In this document: positions 34,507-45,692 of the stretch, piece by piece
Layout: the number at the start of each line of letters is the position of its first letter
Position numbering within the stretch: position 1 is the first letter of the stretch
NCBI GenBank assembly: GCA_026016225.1
Contig: CP061210.1
Location: 322,000 to 385,999, forward strand
Origin: Candidatus Nealsonbacteria bacterium
Lineage (GTDB): Bacteria > Patescibacteriota > Minisyncoccia > Minisyncoccales > JANBVM01
Direction of reading: 5' to 3'
Length of the DNA stretch: 64,000 nt
The notes under the pieces: model-generated
The model's database searches: none
What the model saw: the letters and a program-made list of their open reading frames with translations, nothing else
What the model was told of the DNA's origin: nothing
Position numbers and translations under genes: made by a program

Positions 34507-36880
34507 AAAATTCATCCTTTGGTTAAAAGATATTTCAGAAAAAGATACCCCTTTGGTAGGTGGTAAAAATTCTTCTTTAGGAGAGATGTTCTCTCAGCTA
34601 ACTAAGAAAGGAATAGATATTCCAGATGGTTTTGTTTCAACGTCTAGGGCTTATTGGTACTTTTTAAAAAAGAACGGAATTGATAAAAAATTAAAAAATA
34701 TTTTTAAGAGATTTAATCCAAAGAATTTGAATAGCTTAAAACAAACAGGAAAGGCTGCCCGCCAAGTTATTTTAAAAGGCAGGTTTCCTGAAGACTTAAG
34801 AGAACAAATCCTAAAAAATTACAAAAAATTATCCCGAAAATATGGTGAAAAAGAGACAGATGTTGCAGTAAGGTCTTCAGCAACTGCTGAAGACCTAAAG
34901 ACTGCTTCTTTTGCAGGACAGATGGAAACCTTTTTAAATGTTAGGAGTGAAAAGGAGCTTCTAAAAGCCATTAAAAAATGCATGGCTTCTTTGTTTACTG
35001 ACAGGGGTATTTCCTATCGAGAAGAAAAAGGGTTTGAGCATTTAAAAATTGCTTTATCTGTAGGAGTTCAAAAGATGGTAAGGTCAGATTTAGCTTCTTC
35101 AGGGGTGATATTTACTCTTGATACGGAGACGGGTTTTAAAAATGTAGTTTTAATCAACTCTATTTTTGGAATAGGGGAGATGATTGTTAAGGGAAGGATT
35201 ACGCCCGATGAATTTTATGTTTTTAAACCCACTCTCAAGAAAGGATATAAATCTATAATTATCAGGAATTTAGGAAGAAAAACCAGAAAACATATCTATA
35301 ATAAAAAAGGTGGATTAAAGGAAGTGACAGTTTCCAAAAAAGATCAGTTAAGGTTTTCTTTAACTGACAAGGAAATATTAACCTTGGCTCGTTGGGCTTG
35401 TCAGATTGAAGACCATTATAAGTACCCTCAAGATATTGAGTGGGCAAAAGATGGAAAATCAAATAAATTATTTATTGTTCAATCCAGACCTGAAACCGTC
35501 CATGCTCCAAAAATTGGAAAAACTTACCAGGAATATGAAATTAAGACTAAAAAAAGTCCAATTATAACTGGTATTCCTATTGGTAACAAAATTGGTCAGG
35601 GAAAGGTGAGAGTAATTCCCAATGTTTCAAAGATAGGTCAATTTCAAAAAGGAGAGGTTTTGGTAACAACAATGACTGACCCTGATTGGCTTCCTATAAT
35701 GAGGATAGCTTCAGCAATTATTACTGATGAAGGAGGTAAAACCTGTCATTCGGCAATAGTAAGTCGGGAGCTTGGCATTCCATGTATTGTTGGAACAAAA
35801 AAAGCAACAGATATTCTAAAAACAAATCAAGAGGTAACCGTAGATTGTACCCGGGGAAGAATATTTTCAGGAAAGATTCTTTTTAAAATCAAAAGATATA
35901 ATTTGAAAAAAATCCCAAAGTTGCCTGTAAAAATTGTATTGAATTTAGGAGCTCCAGAAATTGCATTTAAATCCTCGTTTTTGCCAGCTGACGGTGTGGG
36001 TTTAGCCAGAGAAGAATTTATAATAGCAGAGAAAATAAGGATTCACCCTTTAGCTCTTTATCATTACAAGAAGATAAAAAACAGAATAAAAAACAGAAAA
36101 ATAAAAGCTGAAATTGATAGATTAACTGTTGGCTACAAAGATAAAAAAAGATACTTTATTGATAAATTAGCAGAGGGAATTTCTCAGATAGCATCAGCCT
36201 TTTATCCTAAAGAAGTAATTGTTCGGCTTTCTGATTTTAAAACAAATGAATATGCAGCCTTAATAGGCGGAGAACAATTTGAACCAAAAGAAGCTAATCC
36301 CATGTTAGGGTGGAGGGGAGCTTCAAGATATTATGACAAGGAATTTAGACCTGCTTTTGAAATGGAGTGCCAGGCCATTAAAAAGGCAAGAGAGGTCTTT
36401 GGTTTAAAGAATATCTGGATAATGGTTCCTTTCTGCCGTACAGTTAAAGAAGGCAAAAAAGTAATTGATTTAATGGCAAAAAACGGATTAAAAAGAGGAA
36501 AAGGTAATTTGAAAATCATTGTTATGTGCGAGATTCCTTCAAATGTCATCTTAGCTAAAGAATTTTTGGAAATCTTTGATGGAATGAGCATAGGTTCTAA
36601 CGACTTAACTCAATTAACCCTGGGAATAGATAGGGACAGCGCTAAAATAGCTCATATTGCTGATGAAAGAAATGAAGCTGTTAAAAAAATGATAGCAAAG
36701 GTTATTAAAGAATGCAGGAAAAGAAAAAAATATATTGGGATTTGCGGTGAGGCTGCCTCTATGCCTGATTTCGCTAGATTTTTAATTAGCCACAAAATAG
36801 AAGCTCTCTCGGTGAATCCGGATTCTGTAATACCAACAATTTTAGCAGTAGCTAAAAGAAAAAGGTCAACCCTTCGATGA
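34490..36880 (+). CDS. ppsA: phosphoenolpyruvate synthase (pyruvate, water dikinase)
   Basis: 796 aa with VAVRSSATAEDL, the GGKTCHSAIVSRELGIPCIVG phosphohistidine region and a C-terminal PEP-utilising domain (GSNDLTQLTLG). Confidence 0.9.
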   Translation: MRKRAKKFILWLKDISEKDTPLVGGKNSSLGEMFSQLTKKGIDIPDGFVSTSRAYWYFLKKNGIDKKLKNIFKRFNPKNLNSLKQTGKAARQVILKGRFPEDLREQILKNYKKLSRKYGEKETDVAVRSSATAEDLKTASFAGQMETFLNVRSEKELLKAIKKCMASLFTDRGISYREEKGFEHLKIALSVGVQKMVRSDLASSGVIFTLDTETGFKNVVLINSIFGIGEMIVKGRITPDEFYVFKPTLKKGYKSIIIRNLGRKTRKHIYNKKGGLKEVTVSKKDQLRFSLTDKEILTLARWACQIEDHYKYPQDIEWAKDGKSNKLFIVQSRPETVHAPKIGKTYQEYEIKTKKSPIITGIPIGNKIGQGKVRVIPNVSKIGQFQKGEVLVTTMTDPDWLPIMRIASAIITDEGGKTCHSAIVSRELGIPCIVGTKKATDILKTNQEVTVDCTRGRIFSGKILFKIKRYNLKKIPKLPVKIVLNLGAPEIAFKSSFLPADGVGLAREEFIIAEKIRIHPLALYHYKKIKNRIKNRKIKAEIDRLTVGYKDKKRYFIDKLAEGISQIASAFYPKEVIVRLSDFKTNEYAALIGGEQFEPKEANPMLGWRGASRYYDKEFRPAFEMECQAIKKAREVFGLKNIWIMVPFCRTVKEGKKVIDLMAKNGLKRGKGNLKIIVMCEIPSNVILAKEFLEIFDGMSIGSNDLTQLTLGIDRDSAKIAHIADERNEAVKKMIAKVIKECRKRKKYIGICGEAASMPDFARFLISHKIEALSVNPDSVIPTILAVAKRKRSTLR

Positions 36881-36939
36881 GTTCAGGATTGATGGTGAGC
36901 CAAGCCGAAGCATTAAAAAAATAAATACACAAAGATATT

Positions 36940-37821
36940 ATGTTGTTAAAGGAACATTTACTAAAAAATTTAGACAAAAAATTAGCATCTTTGATTTTTG
37001 AAATAAGTAAAATGTGTGAATTGATAAGAAGAGAACTTCCTTACAGAAGAGGTAAGACAAAGATGAGGAATGTTTTTGGAGAGGTTCAGTTGGTTATTGA
37101 TGATTGGGCCAATCAATTTATAATAGAAGAGCTTAGGAAAACTAATTTAGTAAAAACTCTAATTTCTGAAGAGGAAGCAGATGTTGTTCAGATGAGTAAA
37201 AATGGAATTTTCAACATAAGCATCGATCCATTAGACGGTTCTTCTAATATAGAAAGTAATAATTTAGTTGGTACTATAATAGGGGTATCCAAGAAAGAGT
37301 TTCCTACGCCAGGAAAGAATCAAATAGCTGCTATGTATATGCTGTATGGTCCGCTCGATACGTTAGTTTATGCAACTAAGAAAGGCGTTAATGAGTTTTT
37401 ACTGACGAATGAAGGATTCATTTTAACAAAACAGAACATAAAACTTCCCCAAAAAGGTAAACTGTATAGTATGGGTGGACTGAGAAAGGATTGGCTTCCT
37501 GAGTTTAAAGAATTTGTTGAAGGAGTGGAAGAAAAAGGTTATAAATTAAGGTACGGTGGTTCTTTTGTTGGCGATTCAAACCAGATTCTCCATTATGGTG
37601 GAATTTTTGCTTACCCTTCTTTAGTAGGCAAACCAGATGGTAAGCTCAGATTAGTATCTGAGTCAAATCCTGTATCTTTTATTATAGAACAGGCCGGCGG
37701 TCGCTCTTCTAATGGGAAAAAATCGATATTAGATATAAAATATACTTCCTTACAACAGAGAACTCCAACTTATGTTGGAAATAAAGACCTTATTGAAAAA
37801 TTAGAGAAAACATTAGAATAA
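36940..37821 (+). CDS. fbp: fructose-1,6-bisphosphatase, class 1
   Basis: 293 aa with the IDPLDGSSN metal site, YGGSFVGD and ESNPVSFIIEQAGG. Confidence 0.85.
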   Translation: MLLKEHLLKNLDKKLASLIFEISKMCELIRRELPYRRGKTKMRNVFGEVQLVIDDWANQFIIEELRKTNLVKTLISEEEADVVQMSKNGIFNISIDPLDGSSNIESNNLVGTIIGVSKKEFPTPGKNQIAAMYMLYGPLDTLVYATKKGVNEFLLTNEGFILTKQNIKLPQKGKLYSMGGLRKDWLPEFKEFVEGVEEKGYKLRYGGSFVGDSNQILHYGGIFAYPSLVGKPDGKLRLVSESNPVSFIIEQAGGRSSNGKKSILDIKYTSLQQRTPTYVGNKDLIEKLEKTLE

Positions 37822-37839
37822 ATACCAATAAATAAAACT

Positions 37840-38793
37840 ATGAAAAAAACAATCCGCCGATTGGCGGAAAAACCTAAAATAAACAAAGATGATGTCCTTA
37901 TTCCATTAGATGTGCCAAAGACGATGAAAAAGGAATATATTGAAAATTATTTGAATATGACGCGGAACTCTGGTAGATTAATGCTTTTTGCTGGCGACCA
38001 GAAGATAGAACACCTTAATAATGATTTCTACGGAAAGGGAATTCATCCTGATGATGCTGACCCAGAACATCTTTTTAGAGTAGCTAACAAAGCTAAAATT
38101 GGAGTATTAGCCACTCAACGAGGTCTTATTGCTAAATATGGAGCTGATTATAAAGATGTTCAATATTTGATAAAACTCAACTCTAAAACGAACCTTGTAA
38201 AAACTGAACAAAGAGATCCCCTTAATGGGAAAATTACTGATATTAAGGAAGCTATTGAATTCAAGAAGCTCTCTGGTTTAAAAATATTAGCTGTGGGTTA
38301 CACTGTTTATCTGGGTAGTGAGTATGAAGTTGAAATGTTAAGAGAAGCATCAAGAATGGTATATGAAGCTCACAAGAACGGTCTTTTAACAGTTCTTTGG
38401 ATGTATCCCAGAGGGAAGGCAGTAAAGGATGAGAAGGATGCCCATTTAATTGCGGGAGCAACAGGAGTGGCAGCTTGTCTTGGCACAGATTTTGTTAAAA
38501 TTAATCCTCCCAAAAAAGATGGAGAGTATGTAACAGAAGCCTTAAAGGAAGCGGTTCTGGCAGCTGGTAGAACTAAAGTTGTTTGTGCAGGGGGTTCTTC
38601 GGTAGATATTAAAGCCTTTCTTAAAAGATTATATGAACAGATTCAAATTGGTATAGCAGGTAATGCTACGGGAAGGAACATTCATCAAAAAAGTTTTAAG
38701 GAGGCAGTATCTATGTGTAATGCAATATATGCGATAACTGTGGAGGGTAAAAGTCTAGACGAAGCCCTAAAAATCTATAACATAAGTTCTTGA
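37840..38793 (+). CDS. class I fructose-bisphosphate aldolase (DhnA/FbaB family)
   Basis: 317 aa. The pattern LFAGDQKIEH...IKLNSKT...VKINPP is consistent with the DhnA-type TIM-barrel aldolase. The first ~12 codons contain the TCCGCC-N4-GGCGGA repeat, so the true start is uncertain. Confidence 0.75.
   Translation: MKKTIRRLAEKPKINKDDVLIPLDVPKTMKKEYIENYLNMTRNSGRLMLFAGDQKIEHLNNDFYGKGIHPDDADPEHLFRVANKAKIGVLATQRGLIAKYGADYKDVQYLIKLNSKTNLVKTEQRDPLNGKITDIKEAIEFKKLSGLKILAVGYTVYLGSEYEVEMLREASRMVYEAHKNGLLTVLWMYPRGKAVKDEKDAHLIAGATGVAACLGTDFVKINPPKKDGEYVTEALKEAVLAAGRTKVVCAGGSSVDIKAFLKRLYEQIQIGIAGNATGRNIHQKSFKEAVSMCNAIYAITVEGKSLDEALKIYNISS
37853..37868. repeat. inverted repeat TCCGCC-gatt-GGCGGA at the aldolase 5' end
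   Basis: The 23-nt string at 37850-37872 is identical to 18893-18915 in ftsZ. Confidence 0.85.
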
Positions 38794-38797
38794 TTTT

Positions 38798-39511
38798 ATG
38801 CTTTTGCTTTCAGCTAAAATTCGAAAAGACACTAAAAAAGTATTAAAAAACTTGAGGGAAAAGGAGATTCTTCCTGCTGTTTTGTATGGGTCAAAGATTA
38901 AGAATTTGAACTTAGAACTTAATTTAAAAGAATTTGAGAAGGTCTACAAAGAGGCAGGAGAAAGTTCTTTAGTTTCGCTTAATGTTGAAGGTCAAAAAGA
39001 AAAATTCTTGGTCTTAATTTATGATATTCAGTTTGCTTCTCTAAGCGGAAAACCAATTCACGTTGATTTATATCAACCCGCTCTCAAAGAAGAAGTTGAA
39101 GTAACAGTACCCATAATTATTGAAGGAAAGTCTCTGGCAGTAAAAAATCTGGAAGGCACTTTAGTTAAGAATATTACAGATATTGAAATAAGGGCTTTGC
39201 CTCAAAAACTCCCAAAAGAGATTAAAGTGAACGTAGAAAGACTAAAAACCTTTGATGATTATATTCTAATTAAGGATTTACAGCTTCCAGAAGGAGTAAA
39301 AGTTTTAAGAGACCCCGAAGAGATTTTAATCTCTGTTTCTCCGCCAGAGAAAGTTGAAGAGGAAAAACCGGCAGAAGAAAAACCAAAAGAGGAAGAGAAA
39401 AAGGAAGAGGAAGAGAAGATTGAGGAAAAGAAGATTGAGGAAAAGAAGAAGGAACCTTTCTCCGCCAAAGCTACAAAGGGCGAGGGAAAAGGAAAAGGGA
39501 AAACTAATTGA
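38798..39511 (+). CDS. rplY: ribosomal protein L25 (Ctc form) with a Glu/Lys-rich tail
   Basis: 237 aa with LRKEGILPAVLYG-type N-terminus (REKEILPAVLYG) and HVDLYQ. Confidence 0.85.
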   Translation: MLLLSAKIRKDTKKVLKNLREKEILPAVLYGSKIKNLNLELNLKEFEKVYKEAGESSLVSLNVEGQKEKFLVLIYDIQFASLSGKPIHVDLYQPALKEEVEVTVPIIIEGKSLAVKNLEGTLVKNITDIEIRALPQKLPKEIKVNVERLKTFDDYILIKDLQLPEGVKVLRDPEEILISVSPPEKVEEEKPAEEKPKEEEKKEEEEKIEEKKIEEKKKEPFSAKATKGEGKGKGKTN

Positions 39512-41010
39512 AATTAACAATGAATTTCTACAAATTTCATAAATTAAATATCTACAAATTTTTCGTTGTATTTTTGGTTTTAGTTTTTATTTTGCCTGAC
39601 CTGAAGATTTTTGCCCTGGAGGATTTAGAAGATTTTTGCCAGGTGGAAAATCTTGATAAACAATGTCAAATTTATCCTCAATTTGAATGTCAGAGGTTAT
39701 TGGAAAAATGTAGAGATTATTATGAACAAAAAATTGCTCAGGCAGAAGGAGATATTACAGAGGCACAAAAGAAAGAAAGAAATTATAATAACCAGGTTTA
39801 TATTTTAAATAGGAAGATTCAGAAACTAAAAAACCAAATTTATCAGAGTAATTTAATAATTAAAGACCTTGGTATCCAGGTTAGTGATACAGAGTCTTCC
39901 ATCGAAAAAACGTCGTTAAAAATTGAAGATATTGGAGAGCATTTGGTTAGTATCTTAAGAACTATTTACGAAGAAGACCAAAAATCTCTTGTTGAGATTT
40001 TACTTTCGGAAGATAAATTTTCTGATTTTTTCAGTAATTTAATGGCTCTGGAAACATTAAATTACAAAAACCAGGAGTTTTTACAAGAAATAAAAGATTT
40101 AAAACTATATTTGGAGGGTCAAAAGCAATCTTTGGATCAGGAAAGAGAAGATTTGGGAAGGCAGGTATTAATCCAGAAGCTCCAACAACAAGAAAGTGAG
40201 GGTACTAAAGAAGAACAGGAATATCTCTTAGATAAGGTAAAAGGAGAAAAAGCTGCCTACCAAAAATATTTAGAGGAAGTTAAAGAAAAGGCCCAGGAAA
40301 TCAGAAACAGAATTTTTAAATTAGCTCAGATACCAGAGTCTGAAGCTCCAACCGTGGAAGATGCTTATTCTTTAGCAAAATACGTAGAGAGTATAACCGG
40401 AGTCCGCCCTGCTTTTTTACTTGGACTTTTACAAATTGAATCACGTATCGGTCAAAATGTTGGTCAATGCAATTGTCCTTCTTGTAAATATCCCGATGTT
40501 TCCTGGACAAGGGTGATGTCAAAAAGTCAGCATGAATCCTTTTTAGAGATTACTAAAGAATTAGGACTTGATCCAGAGAGTGTTCCTGTTTCCTGTTGGG
40601 TAGGCGGGGGAAAGATTCAGATGGGAGGAGCAATGGGTCCTGCTCAGTTTATGCCTTATACCTGGCTAAATCCCAACAATCAGGAAAGGGGATATAAAAA
40701 AAGAGTTGAACAAATTACAGGAAATGTACCTGCTAATCCCTGGAGAATTCAAGATGCTTTTTTAGCGGCCGGCCTCTATCTTGCTGACTGGGGAGCTGAC
40801 TCTCAAAAAGCCTATGATGAAATTGGAGCTGCTACCGCCTATTTGTGCGGTACAAATAGGATGACTTCAAGATGTATTAATGCAGGAGGGAGGGCTTATA
40901 TATATGGTTGGACAGGTAAAGATGGAATACACCGCTCGGGCATTATGGATTATGCTGCCGAATTTCAAGAATACATTGATAAAGGAGTTTTTGAGAACAA
41001 CAATAAATAA
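39508..41010 (+). CDS. secreted coiled-coil protein with a C-terminal MltB-like lytic transglycosylase domain
   Basis: 500 aa with a signal/TM segment and ~250 aa of heptad-rich sequence. Contains LLQIESRIGQ (catalytic Glu context) and GAMGPAQFMPYTW (SLT family 3 signature). Confidence 0.7.
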   Translation: MKLTMNFYKFHKLNIYKFFVVFLVLVFILPDLKIFALEDLEDFCQVENLDKQCQIYPQFECQRLLEKCRDYYEQKIAQAEGDITEAQKKERNYNNQVYILNRKIQKLKNQIYQSNLIIKDLGIQVSDTESSIEKTSLKIEDIGEHLVSILRTIYEEDQKSLVEILLSEDKFSDFFSNLMALETLNYKNQEFLQEIKDLKLYLEGQKQSLDQEREDLGRQVLIQKLQQQESEGTKEEQEYLLDKVKGEKAAYQKYLEEVKEKAQEIRNRIFKLAQIPESEAPTVEDAYSLAKYVESITGVRPAFLLGLLQIESRIGQNVGQCNCPSCKYPDVSWTRVMSKSQHESFLEITKELGLDPESVPVSCWVGGGKIQMGGAMGPAQFMPYTWLNPNNQERGYKKRVEQITGNVPANPWRIQDAFLAAGLYLADWGADSQKAYDEIGAATAYLCGTNRMTSRCINAGGRAYIYGWTGKDGIHRSGIMDYAAEFQEYIDKGVFENNNK

Positions 41011-41030
41011 ATGATATTCTCTTGTATATT

Positions 41031-41786
41031 TTATTGAAGTTTTTTTCTTAAAACTTTAATAACAGGATATAATTTTCCTCCCATAATTTTTTCAATATTG
41101 TGCCAGCTCTTTTTAATGCGGTGATCGGTTATTCTATTTTGAGGGAAATTATATGTTCTGATTTTTTCTACTCTTTTTGCCCAGCCAATTTGAGACCTTC
41201 TTTTTTTGCCAAACTTTTCTAATTCCTCCACTTCTTTTCTTTCTAAAAGCTTAGCTTTTAATATTGTCATTGCATTTTCTTTGTTTTGAAGTTGATTTCT
41301 CTCGGCCTGAGAAGTAGTAGTAATTCCGGTTGGTAAATGAGTAACTCTTACTGCGGTTTCTCTTTTGTTTACATACTGACCTCCAGGACCTGAAGCGCGG
41401 TAGACATCAATTTTTAAATCTTCAGGTTTTATATTTATTTCAGTCTTTTTGGGTTTTAATAAAACAGCTACCGTAGCTGTTGATGTATGGATTCTTCCTG
41501 ATTTTTCAGTTTTAGGGATTCTTTGGACTCGATGGACGCCGCCTTCGTATTTCATCTCAGAAAGGACATCTCCGTTTTTTAACTCAAATGCAATTTGCTT
41601 TAAACCACCCAGGTCAGTAAAATGAGAGTCTAATGTCCTTTGTTTCCAACCCTGGCTTTGAGCATATCTTGAGTACATTTTAAATAAATCTGCTGCAAAC
41701 AAAGCAGCCTCTTCTCCGCCTGTTCCTGCTCGAATTTCTACTATAATTGATTCCTTCTTTTTATTATTTGCTATTTCTTGCTGCAT
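41031..41786 (-). CDS. prfA: peptide chain release factor 1 lacking the N-terminal domain 1
   Basis: 251 aa. It begins at the EIRAGTGGEEAALFAADLFKMYSRYA region and has the PxT-type tripeptide (PKT), GGQ (SGPGGQ) and the C-terminal RIRTYNFPQNRITDHR. Confidence 0.85.
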   Translation of the reverse strand: MQQEIANNKKKESIIVEIRAGTGGEEAALFAADLFKMYSRYAQSQGWKQRTLDSHFTDLGGLKQIAFELKNGDVLSEMKYEGGVHRVQRIPKTEKSGRIHTSTATVAVLLKPKKTEINIKPEDLKIDVYRASGPGGQYVNKRETAVRVTHLPTGITTTSQAERNQLQNKENAMTILKAKLLERKEVEELEKFGKKRRSQIGWAKRVEKIRTYNFPQNRITDHRIKKSWHNIEKIMGGKLYPVIKVLRKKLQ

Positions 41787-41991
41787 TTTTCTTTTTTGCT
41801 AATCTTTTTCTAAACTTTTGGACCTGACCTACAGTACCTAAAACCTTCTCTTTTCCAGTATAAAAAGGATGACATTTTGAGCAAATTTCTGTTTCAATAA
41901 ATTCTTTAGTAGAACCTACTGTAAAAGTATTTCCGCAGGCGCACCTAACATGGGCTTTAGGATAATATTTCGGATGAATGTTTTTTTTCAT
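41764..41991 (-). CDS. rpmE: ribosomal protein L31 (Zn-binding type)
   Basis: 75 aa. MKKNIHPKYY..., C..C...C..C and HPFYTG. Confidence 0.9.
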   Translation of the reverse strand: MKKNIHPKYYPKAHVRCACGNTFTVGSTKEFIETEICSKCHPFYTGKEKVLGTVGQVQKFRKRLAKKKNAARNSK

Positions 41992-42105
41992 AATTTTATG
42001 ATATATATTATGAATATTCTATATTAGCAGATATTTATCAAAAATCAACTCCGTAGAAAAACTTGCAAAAACATACTAAAATGATATATTAAAAATTAGT
42101 TTAAA

Positions 42106-42834
42106 ATGACAGGAAAAGAAAAAGAAAAAATTGATTTCGGTATTAATACTGAAGAAATGGCTAAGGCAGGCGTGCATTTCGGCCATAAAAGCTCAAAACT
42201 CCATCCTAAAATGGGACCTTATTTATATGGAGTTAGAAATGGTATTCACATTATCGATTTAAAGGAAACAAAAGAAAAGCTTGAGAAAGCTTTAAAGTTT
42301 ATAGAAAATTTAATCTCTGAAAACAAAGCCTTATTAGTGGTGGGAACAAAAATTCAAATTAAAGATTTGGTGAAAAATTTTGCTAAAGAATGCGGTCTTC
42401 TATACGTCAGTGAAAGGTGGTTAGGCGGGACATTTACTAACTTTGAGGTAATAAAAAAAAGAATTAATCATTTTAAGGAACTGGAAGACAAAAGAGCTAA
42501 GGGGGAATTGGAAAAATATACAAAAAGAGAAAGAGCTAAAATTGATTTAGAATTAAAAAATTTTGAAAGAAAATTCGGTGGAATAAAAGATATGGAAGAT
42601 TTACCTGACGCTATCCTTATTTTAAGTATGGAAAAAGACAATTTAGTTGTAAAAGAAGCAATAAAGAAAAATATAAAGATTATTGCTATTTCAGACAGTA
42701 ATACAGACCCGACTTTAGCTGATTACCCAATTCCAGCTAATGATGATGCCGTAAGCTCGGTGAAATATATATTAGAAAAAGTAAAAGATGTTATATTAAA
42801 AGCAAGACAAGAAGTAAGCAAGAAAAACTTATGA
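42106..42834 (+). CDS. rpsB: ribosomal protein S2
   Basis: 242 aa with GVHFGH, RWLGGTFTNF and the D.N.D motifs. Confidence 0.95.
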   Translation: MTGKEKEKIDFGINTEEMAKAGVHFGHKSSKLHPKMGPYLYGVRNGIHIIDLKETKEKLEKALKFIENLISENKALLVVGTKIQIKDLVKNFAKECGLLYVSERWLGGTFTNFEVIKKRINHFKELEDKRAKGELEKYTKRERAKIDLELKNFERKFGGIKDMEDLPDAILILSMEKDNLVVKEAIKKNIKIIAISDSNTDPTLADYPIPANDDAVSSVKYILEKVKDVILKARQEVSKKNL

Positions 42835-43280
42835 TTTCCATTGAACAAATCAAAAAACTTCGAAACAAAACAGGGGTTTCTATAACAGAATGTAAAAAAG
42901 CCTTAGAAGAAGCAGAGGGGGATATAGGAAAGGCTAAGGAGATTTTAAGAAAGCGAGGTCAGGATTTCGCTCAAAAGAGATTAAACAGAGAAACAAAAGA
43001 AGGAATAATCAACAGTTATATTCATTCTGGGATGAAAGTAGGTGTGCTTATTGAACTTCAATGTGAGTCAGATTTTGTTGCCCGCTCGAAAGATTTTCAC
43101 GAATTAGCTCATGAACTATGTCTTCAAATTGCAGCCTCACCATCTGATGGAGAAAATCCTCTTCTTGAACAAGAATGGATAAAAGACCAAACAAAAACGG
43201 TTAATGAATTAATTGATGAGTACATTGCCAAGTTCGGTGAAAATATTATACTAAAAAGGTTTACTAGATATGAGTTATAA
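42831..43280 (+). CDS. tsf: elongation factor Ts, short form
   Basis: 149 aa. The N-terminal UBA-like IKKLRNKTGVSITECKKALEEAEGDIGKAKEILRKRG and the position after rpsB support the call. Confidence 0.8.
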   Translation: MISIEQIKKLRNKTGVSITECKKALEEAEGDIGKAKEILRKRGQDFAQKRLNRETKEGIINSYIHSGMKVGVLIELQCESDFVARSKDFHELAHELCLQIAASPSDGENPLLEQEWIKDQTKTVNELIDEYIAKFGENIILKRFTRYEL

Positions 43281-43617
43281 AACAATTTTTGAAATTATTT
43301 TATTTGGCAGCTCTATTGGATTGGGAATAATTATAGTTAGGAAAATTCCGGTCTTATCTACTCTCCCAGAAACAGCAGTAAAAAAAGAAAGCTTAACACC
43401 GATATTAATAGAGAAAATTAGAAAGCTAAATCCCTTTAAAAATTTCTCTTACGAGAAATCTTTGCAAGAGATTTTAACAAAAGTTAGAATTCTGTCTCTT
43501 AAGACAGACAAGAAAACCTCTAACTGGCTTAAGAAGTTGAGAGAGAATAGTCAGAGAAAAAAAATTAGAGAAGATGATAATTACTGGGATGAGATAAAAA
43601 AAGCCACAAAAAGATAA
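43270..43617 (+). CDS. hypothetical membrane protein
   Basis: 115 aa with one N-terminal TM helix and a basic C-terminus. No recognised motif. Confidence 0.5.
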   Translation: MSYKTIFEIILFGSSIGLGIIIVRKIPVLSTLPETAVKKESLTPILIEKIRKLNPFKNFSYEKSLQEILTKVRILSLKTDKKTSNWLKKLRENSQRKKIREDDNYWDEIKKATKR

Positions 43618-43638
43618 TCTTTTTATTTATAACCTCAA

Positions 43639-43711
43639 GCCGGGATAGCTCAGTGGTAGAGCAATGGTTTTGTAAACCATAGGGCGACGGGTTCGAATCC
43701 CTCTCCCGGCT
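43639..43711 (+). tRNA. tRNA-Thr(UGU), with a bulged T stem
   Basis: Acceptor GCCGGGA/TCCCGGC, anticodon arm ATGGT-TTTGTAA-ACCAT, T arm GA(C)GGG-TTCGAAT-CCCTC with one extra C. Confidence 0.85.
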
Positions 43712-43721
43712 TATAAAATTC

Positions 43722-43750
43722 TTGACAGTATTGTTTTAAGGATATAAAAT
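43722..43750 (+). promoter_or_regulatory. 16S rRNA promoter (TTGACA-N17-TAAAAT)
   Basis: -35 at 43722-43727 and -10 at 43745-43750. The 23S promoter at 54275 has the same architecture. Confidence 0.6.
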
Positions 43751-43918
43751 ATAAAGGCAATTGGAAGTACTTTAAAATTAAATAATAGGTTTTTTAGAGT
43801 TGTCCCGACTATTAATTGTTTGAATTGTTGGAATGTTTGATCGCTTCGCTATGTTGGAATATTCATTCTAACAAAGACAGAAGGTCAACCTATCAAATCT
43901 AACAATTCTAACATTTTC

Positions 43919-45428
<1,510 letters not shown>

Positions 45429-45547
45429 TTATTTTTTAGTGTCGGCTAGAATTGAAGTCTGAAATTTGGATTTTAATTCTAAGGGAGTTGGTCGAAGTTC
45501 CCAAAAGATTGACTATTCGGGACAACTCTAAGAAACTAAAACAAAAG

Positions 45548-45573
45548 AGCGCAACTTTAATTTGCGCTTTTTT
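45548..45573 (+). terminator. rho-independent terminator ending the 16S transcription unit
   Basis: AGCGCAA-ctttaat-TTGCGCT followed by a T-run, ~120 nt after the 16S 3' end. Confidence 0.7.
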
Positions 45574-45692
45574 GTGTTTGAGGATTTTTTATTTTTGCTA
45601 AAATATTGTAGAATAATAAGACGGAAAAAATAAAAATGTATTTTTAATTTTCTATATTTTTTCTTTGCTGAAATCTGATAAAATAAAAAAAG

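Noticed and set aside
39259-39542. Three overlapping 62-69-aa ORFs in alternative frames or strands
   Set aside because: They are artefacts of the GAA/AAG-rich low-complexity tail of rplY, and the L25 frame is the conserved one.
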